Below, piece after piece: positions 1-13,589 of a DNA stretch of 64,000 nucleotides. The notes under the pieces were generated by a model. The model saw only the letters and a program-made list of their open reading frames with translations, was not told where the DNA came from and did no database searches. The translations under genes were made by a program, and so were the position numbers. How positions within the stretch are numbered: the first letter of the stretch is position 1; each line of letters begins with the position of its first letter. The DNA is from Octopus sinensis (taxonomy: Eukaryota), in contig NC_043007.1 of NCBI RefSeq assembly GCF_006345805.1, positions 7,936,001 to 8,000,000 on the forward strand. Direction: 5' to 3'.

Positions 1-118
1 CTCGTGGAGCTTTAGGTCTTTTCGCTCAATAAACACTCACAACGCCCGGTCTGGGAATCGAAACCGCGATCCTACGACCGCGAGTCCGCTGCCCTAACCA
101 CTAGGCCATTGCGCCTCC
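1..118 (-). mobile_element. tRNA-derived SINE 5' part (OR-type), cut by window edge
   Basis: Minus strand reads GGAGGCGCAATGGCCTAGTGGTTAGGGCAGCGG...GGTTTCGATTCC: Pol III A and B boxes followed by non-tRNA SINE body. Confidence 0.75.
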
Positions 119-176
<58 letters not shown>

Positions 177-1060
177 TAGATGTACGTACATATATGTGTA
201 TGTGTACACAACACACACACACACACACTTTGTATTATTCGTTTTGCATCGGTCACTTTTTAGTCACGTGAAAACGGTTGATGTGCTCTGTAAACACTTT
301 CAATATTTACCATAAAGCTACGCGCATGCGTTCGAGAAAATATGAAACTGAAAATGTCATTTAATATGTACTTGGTAAACTGTAGTATCACTAAGGGAAT
401 AAAACTTTCATTAATCACTTAGGGGAGACTTATAAACACCTTCAGAACCCCAGAATTGATACCAAGGCAAGAAAATGAAACTTCGGAGGTTAAAGCATTA
501 AAAACCAAAGTGTGGACGCTGTCAAAGCGAATCTTAACCATTGCAATCGTTTTCATTCGGTTAACCGGTGTGTTTGATATATTTAATGAAGGAATCGTTA
601 ATTGAAAAGAATAAGGTATAAGAATAAAAGAGTAGCGCATGAAATGAATGGCGTTAAGATTTGGAATTAATGGAAATAATAGAAAGGGTACGACTATATA
701 AACAATTTGGAAAGACAACGTAAGTAGAACTTACAAGAAGTGAATCTGGTTATTGATTTTACAAAGGAGATCGAAATAAGAAATCGGAGAGCTGTCTAAT
801 CGCTACACCAAATCAATGATTTAATACAAATGATATTAGGAGATATAATTCCAATAAGAAAAACTCTGGCGGAGAATCGATCCAGTAAGAAGAAAACGAA
901 TTATATGGTGCACTTAAGGACTGACATCAAAAATCTTCGCGTCACAAGAATATAGCCGCTACCAGAAGAAAATACGGTCTAGAATCGGAAGAATGTGATT
1001 ATTCCGAGAAAATTCTACACACGCACACATATTTATATATATTGCATATATATATACACA

Positions 1061-1100
<40 letters not shown>

Positions 1101-1299
1101 TGTGTGTGTGTATATACACATACATACACATATACATATATATATATATATATACACACACATACATATATGCACACACATATACATATATACACAAACA
1201 TATACATATATAAAATATTGTATATATATAATATATACAAATGATGTGGGTGTGTAGGGGTGAAATGTAGTGTAATATTAGAGTATAATACTTGCGGTT

Positions 1300-1394
1300 T
1301 TAGACATTAATGTAGTACTTTATCCAGTGTTGGTGCGCTCCTAAACTGTGCGTCTTGCAGACATTGTCCGAGAACTTTTTGATACCACTTCGTA
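1300..1394 (-). mobile_element. Mariner-like terminal fragment
   Basis: TA followed by CGAAGTGGTATCAAAAAGTTCTCGGAC on the minus strand resembles mariner TIRs; no transposase or second TIR seen. Confidence 0.4.
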
Positions 1395-1397
1395 TAC

Positions 1398-1456
<59 letters not shown>

Positions 1457-1507
1457 CATGCATATATGTATGTATGTATGTATGCATGCATATATGTATG
1501 TATGCAC

Positions 1508-1538
<31 letters not shown>

Positions 1539-1624
1539 TGTATTATGTATTTATGTATGTATTTATGTATGTATGTATGTATGTATGTATGTATATGATG
1601 TGTATGTGTGTTCATGGTTTTTGC

Positions 1625-1812
1625 TTGTCCTTACAACGCTTCACAACCGTTATTAGTTTGTTTAAGCCCTTGTAACTTTAGCGATTCGGCAAAGGAGACC
1701 AATATAATAAGTACCAGACTTAACAAATACTGAGGTCGGTTTCTTCGGTTGACCCTACAAGACGATGCTCCAGTATGGCTGCATTCCAATGATTGAAACG
1801 AGTAACAGAATA
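1625..1812 (+). mobile_element. CORE-type SINE 3' tail, diverged
   Basis: Similar to the tails at 32330-32490, 38715-38870 and 47590-47740 (CTTAGCGGTTCGGCAAAAGAGACC...GATGCTCCAG...GAAACGAGTAA). Confidence 0.7.
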
Positions 1813-1916
1813 AGCCAAGAGTACCTGAGTTAGAAGAACAATGGGACAAATGGATGACATACATTTTTATTGAAGTATTCTTTGTTACAGTGCGTTGTCA
1901 ATGTGTGTATAGCTGT

Positions 1917-2072
1917 AAGTATTTCGTCTGTCTTTTATGCTTTGAGCTCAAATTCCGCCGAGGTCGACTTTGCCTTTCGTCCTTTCGGGGTCGATAAATT
2001 AAGTACCAGCTGTGTACTGGGTTCGATCTAATCGACTGGCTTCCTCCCCAAATATCTCGGGCTAGAAAAGAA
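1917..2072 (+). mobile_element. Nin/Deu-domain SINE, 5'-truncated
   Basis: GAGCTCAAATTCCGCCGAGGTCGACTTTGCCTTTCGTCCTTTCGGGGTCGATAAATTAAGTACCAG; shared by more than 20 copies in the window and matching the Nin/Deu central-domain pattern. Confidence 0.8.
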
Positions 2073-2399
2073 TATGTGTCTGGCTATGCTCTCTGTAATA
2101 TGTCAATCGAGGAGGTGTCAGGTAGAAGAGAAGCGCACCTATGCATTTACACATGCACATTTACGCACGCACACACGCACACACAAAGAAACCTTAGAGT
2201 TGAAATGCGTTAATCATTATTATATATGGTGTAAAAATGTTGATTTTTATTGGGGTGTACAGTATTTAGATATTAAGAGGAGAAATACAGACGTTTAAAT
2301 GTGAAAGTCCGAACTGCACAAAGGTTATTGGAGAGTTCAACAGCAGTATTATACATTAAATCGGATTTCATTGATCCATTAAAACACCAAAGAGAAATT

Positions 2400-3600
2400 C
2401 GCTAAAATGCCTCCATGTTTTGAACATTTCAGACAGTTCATTTAAGTTATCCAAATGCGGTGTTGTGTATATCGAAACGATAATGAAATTTCTTCTAACA
2501 CATACATTGGAAATGTTGTAACTATTTCGTGTACGGATTGTTTTATTTCAGTTAGAAAATCATTAAGATTGTTTTGTTTCCATTTCCTTTTATAGCTTAA
2601 AAAATCTGCAGCTTTTCTCTTTTTTTAGTTGCGGAAAGATGAAATGAGATTCTTTGCAGTGCTTTGTAACGATATCTTATTTTACTTTAATAAAATATAT
2701 TTCCTGTTCTTTTTCACAGTTCTTTACTGCTATAGTGATTTTGACAATAAGAGAGAGGTGTTTGTTAAAATAAGTGATAGTATGGCCCCTTTTCTTGCTG
2801 GAAAAATTTAGGACATGAGTTAATTGAATACTACCATAGAAACTGTTATTCTTTATGTGTGATTGCTATAATTTTGTGTGACATTTCTTTGCCACTAGAA
2901 CAGATATTATTTCCCTACTGTTATTAAACTTTTGAAAACTATTCGAGCAGTAATCTCTTATTTCGGAACATGAACTTCTCATTCGATTGTTGTAAGCTAC
3001 TCGTCAGCAAATTTAATGTTACATCTGACAAAATTAGCACTGATGCAATGGTTTCATTCATGGATATTGTACTTCTAAATCAAAGTTGACAATGATTTCA
3101 TTTGCGGATATTTTGTGTTAGCAGTTATATCTTCTTGAATTTAGATAATTTCTTCTGTTACAGTGTGTATGGGAGGATTAATCCACCGTCTCTACATAAT
3201 TCTGTATCTAATGTTTTCCATTTATTACTTAGAATCTTTAAGATGCATAGCACTGTGATGTAGCATGTCCCAGTTCTATCAAACGTACTGGCATCAAATA
3301 CAGCAGAATTGTTTTTTTCATTTAGGCAAGCAAAGTAAATTATATATTTTGCTTATTGAAAAAGAGGAATTATGTTAGTGTCGATTGATGTTGTACTTGA
3401 ATTTAGAGGCAGATTGCATGATCAAATACTCTTTCTTTAGTCTTCCGTCTTTGAAGAACGATATTGTCAGCACATTGATACAATTGAGAATTTGGAGAAT
3501 CTATTTATTCAATGATTGGTAATATTCTCCAACATATACATGTCGGGTACTGGTATTTCGTATTTGTTGAAGATGTACAATCACTCTTCTCAGAATTAAT
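2400..3600 (-). mobile_element. Highly decayed LINE reverse transcriptase remnant (CR1/L2/Jockey-like)
   Basis: Manual minus-strand translation gives AVFDASTFDR (~3270), KYPQ (~3110) and IKFADE (~3010), in the order and roughly the spacing of RT motifs DxxKAFD, GVPQG and FADD; many stops and frameshifts. Confidence 0.35.
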
Positions 3601-4147
3601 GTTCTTTGTTTTCGATGATCCTCTTACATCCGTCATATTTAATAGTTAAATTCCCTCATGCAAAGTTTCATCTGCTGGGCATATTTCTGGACGATAATCC
3701 TTCAACGAGTAAGTGTTAGTTGTATGTAAAGAATTCTGACCAATTAGTGAACATAATTAAAGATGCTTCCATTCGTTCGCACAAATGAGATTCTGTCGGT
3801 TGCTGCAGCTGAACTGAAATTGAATCCTTTAATCTGTAGTGTCTTATAAATCTCAGTATATAACCTGACAGAGAACTAGTCATTCTGTGTACAAGTTCCA
3901 CGCTACAAATTAGAGTATGAACTATATCAACTATAAGACAGTTTAGATGTGAGTTTGGGTTCACGATTATCTCTTAATGTGGTAAATATCTAAGTGGAAC
4001 ACTTTGAAGAAATGACTTTAGGAACAGTACCATTTAAGCTAGCCATGTGGCTGGGATACGCTAATTTCCCTTCCATACTCAGGCCTCACAAAAAAGTGTA
4101 AGAACTGCTGAGTCAAGAACAGTCAATATGACCGTCAATACAATTCA

Positions 4148-4345
4148 CGGTAGAAAATGAATCGTGCAATAAACTGGCTTTCGTGGAGGTGTTAACAATC
4201 TGTCCATTGTATGGATTCATGACATTCATATATCGCAAGTCTTTATTCACCAGACTATTGTTGGACTTTGGTATCCACCACACATACAGTGCGAAGAAAG
4301 GAATCGTCTGTGGTCTACGACATGGAGTGAAACTCACAAATGCCT
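4148..4345 (+). mobile_element. Penelope-like element RT thumb fragment
   Basis: IQFTVENESCNKLAFVEVLT...FMTFIYRKSLFTRLLLDF...KKGIVCGL resembles the PLE consensus IQFTxExE...LPFLDV...VYRKPTxT. Confidence 0.7.
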
Positions 4346-4588
4346 GTCTAGATGCATATCAACAGAGTAACAGCTAACTCCACTGCAAGCGTAGCATCAG
4401 CTTCCGAGAGCAGAGATATGCGGGGTCGAGAAAGGATTACAACCATCCGTCTTTCTCTCCGTTGCATTACAGGCAGAAGAAACATTTGGATCAGGTCAGG
4501 ATTCCTCCAAGCCTCTGCCATCACTGAGAACTCTCATGATGGAGACTGTGATCCGTAGAATGATTGCCTCTGTGCGTGTGTGTGTGTG

Positions 4589-4641
<53 letters not shown>

Positions 4642-4739
4642 TGTTCTGTTTCTTATTTTGATTTAGAGTCAATTTTGACCGGTACCACCTACCTGGTAGC
4701 AAAGTTGTGAAAGAAAGCATCTTCTTTTAACCACCATCC

Positions 4740-5110
4740 TTTAAATCTTAAGAAAGTCTCACAGATTTTTATAGTCCCAGATATTGAGATTATTTGTAGA
4801 GTATGAATTAAGGCTTTTGTTTCTCTCCCGAAGATCCCAAGTTCAGCCATTCTTGGCTCCAGATGAAGGATCGGTATGTACCTCGTTGCTCCAATAGTAG
4901 ATATGAAACTGAAAGTCTACCTTGGGTACTAGATTTGTGACCTCCTTATCGCATTTCTCTTGTATTTTACTCACCACTTTTCAGTGTCCAGAAGGCAGCA
5001 GATTCCCAGAACAGAACATATCTTTTCTTTGTAATCCCATTCAACGATATTTGGCTGTTTTCATTTGTAAGTCCCACCAATATTCTTTTGATGTTTCCGT
5101 TGTATTAATG
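4740..5110 (-). mobile_element. RLE-type (R4/Dong-like) LINE C-terminal fragment, lineage B
   Basis: Minus strand pieces KEYWWDLQMKTAK, ISTIGATRYI and LIHTLQIISISGTIKICETFLRF are homologous to the 11552-11730 fragment. Confidence 0.65.
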
Positions 5111-5130
5111 TTTACGCTGAAGGTGGTGTG

Positions 5131-5175
5131 ATGCCGCCGCCGCCGCTGCTGCTGCTTCTGCTGCTGCTGCTGCGA

Positions 5176-5208
<33 letters not shown>

Positions 5209-5395
5209 TGCCGATGCTGATGCTGCTGCCGATGCTGCTGCTGCTGCTGATGCTGATGCTGCTGCCGATGCTGCTGCTGCCGCTGCTGCTGCTGCTGCCG
5301 CTGCTGCTGCTGCTGCCGCTGCTGCCGCTACTGCTGCTGATGCTGCTGCTGCTGCCGCCGCTGCTGCTGCTGCTGATGCTGCTGCTGCTGGCACT
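5131..5395. repeat. Compound (GCT)n/(GCC)/(GAT) trinucleotide tract
   Basis: Direct inspection; source of the poly-A, poly-L and poly-S ORFs at 5041-5497. Confidence 0.95.
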
Positions 5396-5673
5396 GATTT
5401 CTGCAATTTCCCTGTCCTGTCCTGCGGATAGTTGGCTCTTCTCAGCCAGCCATCTCTCTTTTTTAAACAAACGTTGAGTGGCGTGTTTGGTAAACAAACT
5501 GCAATTTAAGCCCTAAGGGCTACAGATGAAGGGGCCTAACCAGATTCCTAAGGTCCTGGTTAGCTTATCTATGAAGCGGTGACAAACGTTCGGTGTATAA
5601 CTTTGTGCAGCAATCGAAACAACAAAGATACGAGAGCGTTGTACAATATGCGTCGATAAATGGACAAACAAAA

Positions 5674-5889
5674 TAATCCTTTCTATTTTAGGCACAAGGC
5701 CTGAAATTTGGGGTAGGGGTCTAGTCGATTTCATCGACCCCAGTGCGAAACTGGTACTGATTTAATCGACCCCGAAAGGATAAAAGGCAAAGTCGACCCC
5801 GGCGGAATTTGAGCTCAGAATGTAAAGACAGACGAAATGCCGTTAAGCATTTCGCCCGGCTATCAAATTCTGCCAGATCACCACCTTAA
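5674..5889 (-). mobile_element. Nin/Deu-domain SINE
   Basis: Reverse complement of the full SINE, from head GGTGGTGATCTGGCAGAA to tail CCTTGTGCCTAAATAGAAAGGATT. Confidence 0.85.
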
Positions 5890-5905
5890 GAACAAACAAA
5901 ATAAC

Positions 5906-5943
<38 letters not shown>

Positions 5944-5945
<2 letters not shown>

Positions 5946-6490
5946 AATGCCCTAATGCAGTACCAAGCACTGGTTCTCATTGCTCTTGATCTTAACTGAT
6001 GGGAAGTAGTATCATGTACATAGTTTTGTCTTGGTATAAAAGATGGGCTACAGCAAATATTCTGCTCAATACCACAGATTTGCTTGTCAGTTGTTTGACC
6101 ATAACCAGTTGAGCATGTCCCTTAGTGGCTGACGATATGTGCATCCCTGATCACGAGCACAAGTAGTAGGGGAGCATCATAGCCATGTGTTGGGAGGGAT
6201 TCTTTGGGGCTTGAATAATTCACCTCTGGAAACATGGGTGTTTTGTTCAACATCCTTAAACAAACCATATTCAGGGACCTTTTGAGTGGGATGGGTTACT
6301 CGACCAGAAGAAAATTCTAACAGGGCCACACCTGTAAGGTCACGTGCTGTTTACCTTGATATGAGATGTGGTGCACATATGGTTGTGATGCATGTGCCTA
6401 GTGTACCCTTATCAGACGGGTGGTCATGGTTGGTGTACAGGGCTTCGTATATTTTACTTTGATGGCATGTACTGCTCTCTCACTCAACAT
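5944..6490 (+). mobile_element. Unclassified ~550-bp interspersed repeat, copy A, ending in (AAT)n
   Basis: Aligns by eye along its length with 45214-45660; no ORF. Orientation inferred from the truncation of copy B and the (AAT)n end. Confidence 0.75.
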
Positions 6491-6519
6491 CAATAATAAT
6501 AATAATAATAATAATAATA

Positions 6520-6694
6520 ATCCTTACTAATATAGGCACAAGGCCTGAAATTTGGAGGCGAACTCAGTAGTTGACTGGTACTTATCTTATCGACCCTGAA
6601 AGTATAAAAGGCAAAGTAAACCTCAGCGGAATTTGAACTCAGAACGTGAAGCATTTCGCCCGGCTTGGTAACGGTTCTGCCAGCTCACCGCCTC
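6520..6694 (-). mobile_element. Nin/Deu-domain SINE sharing its (ATT)n tail with the 550-bp element
   Basis: Family motifs on the minus strand, with an internal deletion. Confidence 0.8.
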
Positions 6695-6695
6695 A

Positions 6696-6735
<40 letters not shown>

Positions 6736-7147
6736 TAATAATAATAATAATAGCTCAACAACTGTGATGATGATTAATAATTCTTTTATGAATGATAACA
6801 ATGTATGTATTTACATATATCTGCGTGAATGCTGTGTGGGCATGTGTCTGTAGGCATCTATGTGCATGTGCGTATACGTGTGCGTACGTGTGTGTGTGTG
6901 TGTATGTTTCTGTGAATACATGTCTATCGATGGACAATGCACTATTAATACACCCCGAAGGCAACGAATAATATTGGAATATTAGGACTTGTGTGTAGGT
7001 ACACGCACACACACAAACAAACAAACGCACATACATACGGCATACACACACACATACATCCATATACAACAGATACAATACGCATTGATACATTTTACGC
7101 GTACACAAGTATACACACGTACTTAAAAGTACACACACACACATACA

Positions 7148-7221
<74 letters not shown>

Positions 7222-7715
7222 GCATACAGTATGGCATTATACATTTCTGCATACACAAATACATACATACATACATGCAGGCATATATATCCGCTTGTTT
7301 GTATATGAGTATATATATATATATATATATATAAATATATATATACAGAGAGAGAGGATGTATATATGCGTATAAACACATATTTGTTTAAATTTAAATG
7401 TGTACAAACGTGTGTGTGTGTGTGTGTGTGAATCTATAATGAAATACTATTTAGAAAACTTGCAGGTTTTTTATGTTAATGTTTACTAGTATTTTATTTT
7501 ATGTTGTTTTATTTCTCTGTTTTCTGTTTTATAAATATTGAATTAGAAATAATACGAAATACAGACAATTGATGCTGACTAGAGCGGCGATAGCGCTCTT
7601 TTACAATAACTTTAGTAATAGTTCCAACAAATAATAATTAAGATTTCTTTTATCTGCCATAAGGGCATCAGATAGATGAAAAGGAAAGAAGACAGGCTAC
7701 AATGTTGAGGTTTAT

Positions 7716-7934
7716 GGCAGGTGGCGAGATGGCAGAAACGTTAGCACGCTGGGCGAAATGCTTAGCGGTATTTCGCTCGTCTTTACGTTCTGAGCTCAAA
7801 TTCCGCCGAGGTCGACTTTGCCTTTCACCCTTGGGGATCGATAAATTAAGTACCAGTTGTGTACTGAGGACGATCTAATCGATTGGTCCCCTCACTAAAA
7901 ATTTCGAGCCTTGGGCATAGAGTAGAAAAGAATA
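7716..7934 (+). mobile_element. Nin/Deu-domain SINE, full length
   Basis: GGTGGCGAGATGGCAGAAACGTTAGCACG...GAGCTCAAATTCCGCCGAGGTCGAC...AGAGTAGAAAAGAAT. Confidence 0.85.
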
Positions 7935-8229
7935 TTTGACGCATTGGCTTACGTCAAATCAGGTAAGGAGAAAAGTAGAAGTGTGGGGAGGAGGAGAAGG
8001 AGGAGGAGAAAGAGGAGGAGGAAGATGAAGAAGAGGAGGAGGAGAGAACTTCCATCTTAGGGGAATCAAAAAGCACCAAGATCAGCCTTACCATTCTTTT
8101 GATCATTTTATTCTTTTATTCAGCCACTGCTCTGACTCGGCTGAATGTTGCGTAACCAGAACCGTCGTATTGAACATGATAGAGTCGAAAATACTCTTTA
8201 TCTGTTTCGATTTGTGTGTGTGTGTGTGT

Positions 8230-8277
<48 letters not shown>

Positions 8278-9132
8278 GATGTGTTTTTTCGAAAAAGGAA
8301 ATATTTATGTTATGTTTCTCTTAAACCATAAAATACAGAAGCAATAATCCTAATGCAGAGGGAGGAAACTGATTAAGAAAATTAGCCACCGCGAATATCA
8401 TGCTACTTGAATTAATAAGACATAAAAACATTACATCAGACACAAACTTAGAAATGCTTCGGAATTACTTAACGAGACAAAGTACGACGAACACTAATGA
8501 AAAACTAAAAGATTAGGAAGGAATATTACAGATGATTTGGATTAATGGATAGATTATATTAAGCAAAATGTAAGCCAATAGGCGTCAAAGCTGTTACAGT
8601 TAGAGTGATAATATTCTTGACTCCGTGCCAAGTAAATTAGCTGAAGAAATCGAAGAAACAAGAAAATTACGTCTTCAGGATACACCATCGACACAAAAAC
8701 GAAAACGGAGACGGGTCGGGATTTGGAAAGGTTCTGTGCAATTAAGAAGTTAGAATATATCTCGTGAAGGATTACAAAGTATTTATATAAAGATTAAAAT
8801 GGAACTAATACAAAATGTTGAAAAGTAGTACAAATAACCGCGAGACATGGACAGAACGGAAAATAGTTTCCCCTCTTGAAACGAGAAGCTGAGGTATTAC
8901 AGAGTTGAGAGGAAAATAGAGAAAGTTTAATAGAAATGGTTTTTGAGGTAAGTGGAACTGAAATATGATTACAGAATGTCATACTGAGACAATGATTAGA
9001 AAAGGTTGTAAGAAGCGAAGACTTGAGTCGAATGAACGATGTAGATCAAGAGAAATAGCAACGTTTTCTGAGATGCACAATACTGAAAGCTGAGACCAAA
9101 TGATGTTTCATTTTGATATGGAATTAACATAG

Positions 9133-9190
9133 AGGATTAAGGTACAGGATTAAGGTACAGTGTTATGGTACAGGATTAAGGTACAGGATT
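9133..9190. repeat. 13-bp minisatellite AGGATTAAGGTAC, about 4.5 copies
   Basis: Direct inspection; one unit is diverged. Confidence 0.8.
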
Positions 9191-9724
9191 CAAACCAGAA
9201 ACTACCAAAAATATACAAGGAAAGAAAATGCAAAACGACACTGTAGAATATGACATGAACGGGAAAAATCAAGCAATCAGGATGTTTCTGGCTGACTGGC
9301 TGGCTGGCTGGCTGGCTGGATGGATGGATGGATGGATGGATGGATGGATGGATGCATGCATGGATGCATGCATGCATGCCCACTTTTAATCAAAAGGGTA
9401 CACATCTACAAACATGACAGAGTTTGTACTTTGATACTCCTGAAATTATACCAGTATCATGAAACATTGATAAGAAGTGAAGAGTCCAAATATAGATTTG
9501 GATTCTGTGAATGACCACGGAAAGAATACTCTGGCACGAAATTGACAGAATGTTGCCATCGAAAAGCATCAGAAAATGTAATGTTCTCTGATCTGTGTAT
9601 GAACTCAGACAAAAGATGATATGGAGATAAGTTCCCCTTATTTACAAACAAAAATAGAGGAATCATCTTGATATTCTTTCTAAATTTGGCAAATGGACAG
9701 AAATTCTGAGGGAAACAAATAAGC

Positions 9725-10490
9725 CGGTGACATCGACCCCAATGTTCAACTGGTACTTATTTTATCAAAACCCGAAACGATGAAAGGCAAAACTCAGTAG
9801 AATTTGAACTCTGAACATAACGACAGACGAAATTCCACTAAGCATTGTGTCCGGCATGTTAACCATTCTGCTAGCTGGCCAACTTTGAAGTTTCCTTATA
9901 TTGGGATCTGGAAATTAAACATAAACAGATTGTGGCAACTGGGAAATTGAAATTCCTAGACAGAGTTTGAACTCAAAAATCGGAACAAATATAAGAATTT
10001 TTTTCCCAACTCTCTACAGATTCTCCTACTCCACCGCCTCAAAAGAATTCTAACATAGGCAGAAAGTCCAAAATTTGCAAATTATATGAAGCCAAGTATT
10101 TGACTGGTAGTTTATTTTATTGGCCCCTAACCTAACCCCCATATAGAAGGATGAATTTGCAATGTCAACCTCAGCAGGATTTGAACTCATCTGTAAAGAA
10201 CCAACTGGTATACCCTGGAGTTAAACAATGGGTAAGGCTGCGATTCTAACAGCGCAACGCCATAGAGCCAGAACAAATAATCCTTTCTACTATAAGCACA
10301 AGGGTCCTGAAATTTTGTCGGAAAGGGACTCGTCCAATAAACCGACCTCAGAGTTCAAACTGGTATTTATTTCATCGACCATGAAAGGATGAAAGGCAAA
10401 GTCGACCTGTGAGAAAATTGAATTCAGAACGTAGAGATGGAATAAATATTGCAAAGCATTTTATTCGATGCTGTAATGACCCTGCCAATG
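9725..10490 (-). mobile_element. Cluster of three diverged Nin-SINE copies (~9725-9880, ~10040-10190, ~10276-10490)
   Basis: Each contains recognisable CTGGTAC, GATGAAAGGCAAA and/or TTTGAACTC motifs. Confidence 0.65.
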
Positions 10491-10799
10491 CAGTCATAAA
10501 AAAGTTAGATAAAAACAAGGTATTGCGTTTGGAAAAAAGGGATTTAATCGATAGAGATTCAATCAATGAAATCAGCGATCCACTTCACTGGTGCTTTATT
10601 TGATCGACCAAAGGAAAGGAGATGCAGAAATTGGGACTGACCCCTTAAAGAAAGAGCTAAACATCTACAAGAGAAAGAAGAAACATCTAAAGGATTATTT
10701 GGCCTACTAGAGATAATCAAGACGGGACAGTCGTGGTTGGCATGTCTTTACTGGACAGGACTAAACTGGTGCTAAACTACAATAATGATGTTTACATTT

Positions 10800-11210
10800 T
10801 ACTTCCTTTAGTCATTGTACTGAGGTCATGCTGGGGCAACGCCTTGAAGGGTTTTAGTCGAATGAATCGACTCCAAAACTAATAGTTTTTAAAGTCTAGC
10901 TCTTATTCTATCGATCTCTTACACCGAACATGACGCAAACAAACCAAAACCGGTTGACAAGCGGCGATGGTATACAAACACAAAAACACACACTCGTATG
11001 TACAGACACACATATGTGCGCGTGCATAGCTGTGTATGTGTGCGCGTGTGTGCGTGCATAGGCGCGTGGCTTGGTGGTCAGGATGTTGCATTCATGATCC
11101 TCAGGTTGTGATTTCGATTCCTGGACCGGGCGATGCGTTGTGTCCGGGAGCCAAAACTCTTCCTTTCCCATTATTCCAGTCCACTCACCCTGAGAAGTGA
11201 ATAATCATGT
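10800..11210. mobile_element. CORE-type SINE tail (minus, ~10800-11000) abutting an OR-type SINE head (plus, ~11058-11210)
   Basis: Similar to the copies at 32330-32490 and 32526-32775. Confidence 0.6.
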
Positions 11211-11359
11211 GACTAACCAGAGTCCCTTCCACGAGTGGACTATAAACACCACAGAATCTGGGAAACCGACTTCATCAGTCTATGGCTCGGGAAGGATCTT
11301 ACGGCCTTTTTTTATTGATATACATTTATGTATGTATCTATGTATGTTTGCATAACCGT

Positions 11360-11730
11360 ATGTGTGTTCAGTTTTACTTCGAGATTTCTTGTCAATAGAA
11401 AAAGAGACGCTCTCTAACCTAGATCAAAGGCTCCTTCACTAGAATTTCAGCATCAACAAGGTATTTGTTTGTTTGTATGTATGTATGTATGTATGTGTTG
11501 TGAATGTATTCTCGTGCATGCAGTTGTATATCTAGACATACTCATATGTATTTAAATGATAAACTTATGGAAGGTTTTACAGATTTTTACTGTTCCAGTG
11601 ATGGATCGGATCTGTAGTCTTCGAATTAGCTTTCTTCTTTCTAATTTCTCAAGATTGGTATTAAGGCAATGTGTTACATATTCCAGGGCACCAATAATTA
11701 CAGGTATAAACTTGAACTTGTAATCTGGAT
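11360..11730 (-). mobile_element. RLE-type (R4/Dong-like) LINE 3' end, lineage B, with 3' UTR
   Basis: [62 protein letters not shown] carries the PxIIGALG-type RLE C-terminal motif; flanked by (TATG)n. Confidence 0.75.
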
Positions 11731-11990
11731 AGAGTGACTGTATGTATGTATGTATGTATGTATGTATGTATGTATGTATGTATGAATGTATGTATGTTTG
11801 TTTGTATGTATGAATGTATGTTTCCGTGTACCAAATCCACTCACAAGACTTGGATGTATAAGACATGTGCTCAGGATGCCGCATGGTGGAACTGAACCCA
11901 GAACCATGAGGTTGGGAAGTAAACTTTTTACTCATCCAATCACGCCTGGCAAAATATTTCACGCGAAGCTTTATCTAACTTGTTTTTCCA

Positions 11991-12031
<41 letters not shown>

Positions 12032-12098
12032 ATCTATCTATCTATCTATCTCTCTATCTCTCTTTCTTTCTTTCTTCCTTTCTTTCTCTCTCTCTCTC

Positions 12099-12135
<37 letters not shown>

Positions 12136-12317
12136 CGTATCGTAATGATTTTACTAGGATATTGACGACGCCCAGGGTGGGTAAACGAAAGAAGAAGCAG
12201 GCCCACGGTGGGATTTCAGTCTACGAGGAAGAACGTGTTGGATACCGCAAGAATGTTTTTATAGCATTCTTATCGCTTCTGTAAAAAGACTGCTTTTATA
12301 AAGAAGAAGACGACGAC

Positions 12318-12374
<57 letters not shown>

Positions 12375-12480
12375 ATGATGATGATGATGATGATGACCGA
12401 AACCGAAACAAGCGTATCAGTATTACAAATTAGAAAAATAAACAAGTGAACAGAAGGAAAATATCTATACAAATAAATAA

Positions 12481-12537
<57 letters not shown>

Positions 12538-12567
12538 CAAATGAAAATTCAGACATGAAGAAAGCAA

Positions 12568-12598
<31 letters not shown>

Positions 12599-13450
12599 GG
12601 TGGTGGTGGTGTCGGTGGTAGTAGTAGTTGTAGTAGTTGTAGTAGTGCTGGTGGTGTTGGAATTTTTTGTTTGTTTTTGGGGCTGGAGGAGGCGGAGGAG
12701 GCCTCCATCTTGTCCGCGTCACTTGTATCCTTTTGTCATAAAGAACCGTGTGGACATTGAATCGCAAAGTATTTGCCGAGAGCCGTTATTTAATGCCAAT
12801 TTGATCCTAACGAGTCATGTCGGATCGTGCTCAGCGTTATGTTATGGTAATATAAAGAAGTAGTACGGATAATTGTGGATTAATACGGACGTTGCTTATT
12901 CTAAAGAATCTGGAGTATTTGAAACAGAAGTTAGCGTTGCAGTCGCTCTTCTTCTTGTTGTTGTTGTCATTGTTGTTGTAGATTGTGTTCTTGTTTGAGA
13001 CCAAACTTTTAGCTTTGTTTTTATTTGACTGTGTAATTGCTATTGTTTATGTTTCCGCTGCTAATCTTTTCTGGTGCATGTTTATTAGGCATTATTAATT
13101 GAATGGTAAAACTAGACGTATTCAACACGATACAATGCACGATGTGTGTGTAAGTGTATGTGTGTGTGTGTGTGAGTGTGTGTGAGTGTGTGTGAGTCTG
13201 TGTATGTGTGGAGTGTGTGAGTTTCTATTGCATATAAATATTATATCTATGTGCCTACTGTTTATATATGTGCGCCTGTTTGCGTGTTCCGAAAGGAAAC
13301 ACAGGGATAATCACTCACACAACTCATACGCGCGCGCACACGCACACACACACAGTGAGAAATAGAGATTATCAGATTGTATTCTTCACATGTATATATT
13401 ATACATATATAGACAGTCAGATCCAAAGAAACAAACACACAGAGATAGAT

Positions 13451-13537
<87 letters not shown>

Positions 13538-13589
13538 GCATGCATACATACATACATACATACATACATACATACATACATACATACAT

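Noticed and set aside
1-118. tRNA gene
   Set aside because: A and B boxes are present, but the sequence continues as SINE body with no acceptor-stem closure; the same applies to the other SINE heads.
5041-5497. Poly-Ala, poly-Gln, poly-Ser and poly-Leu ORFs as a transcription-factor or signal-peptide exon
   Set aside because: All three frames come from one trinucleotide tract, with no flanking domain.
8330-9110. A-rich coding-like stretch (and a similar one at 420-990)
   Set aside because: Possibly very old LINE sequence, but I could not recover a diagnostic motif.
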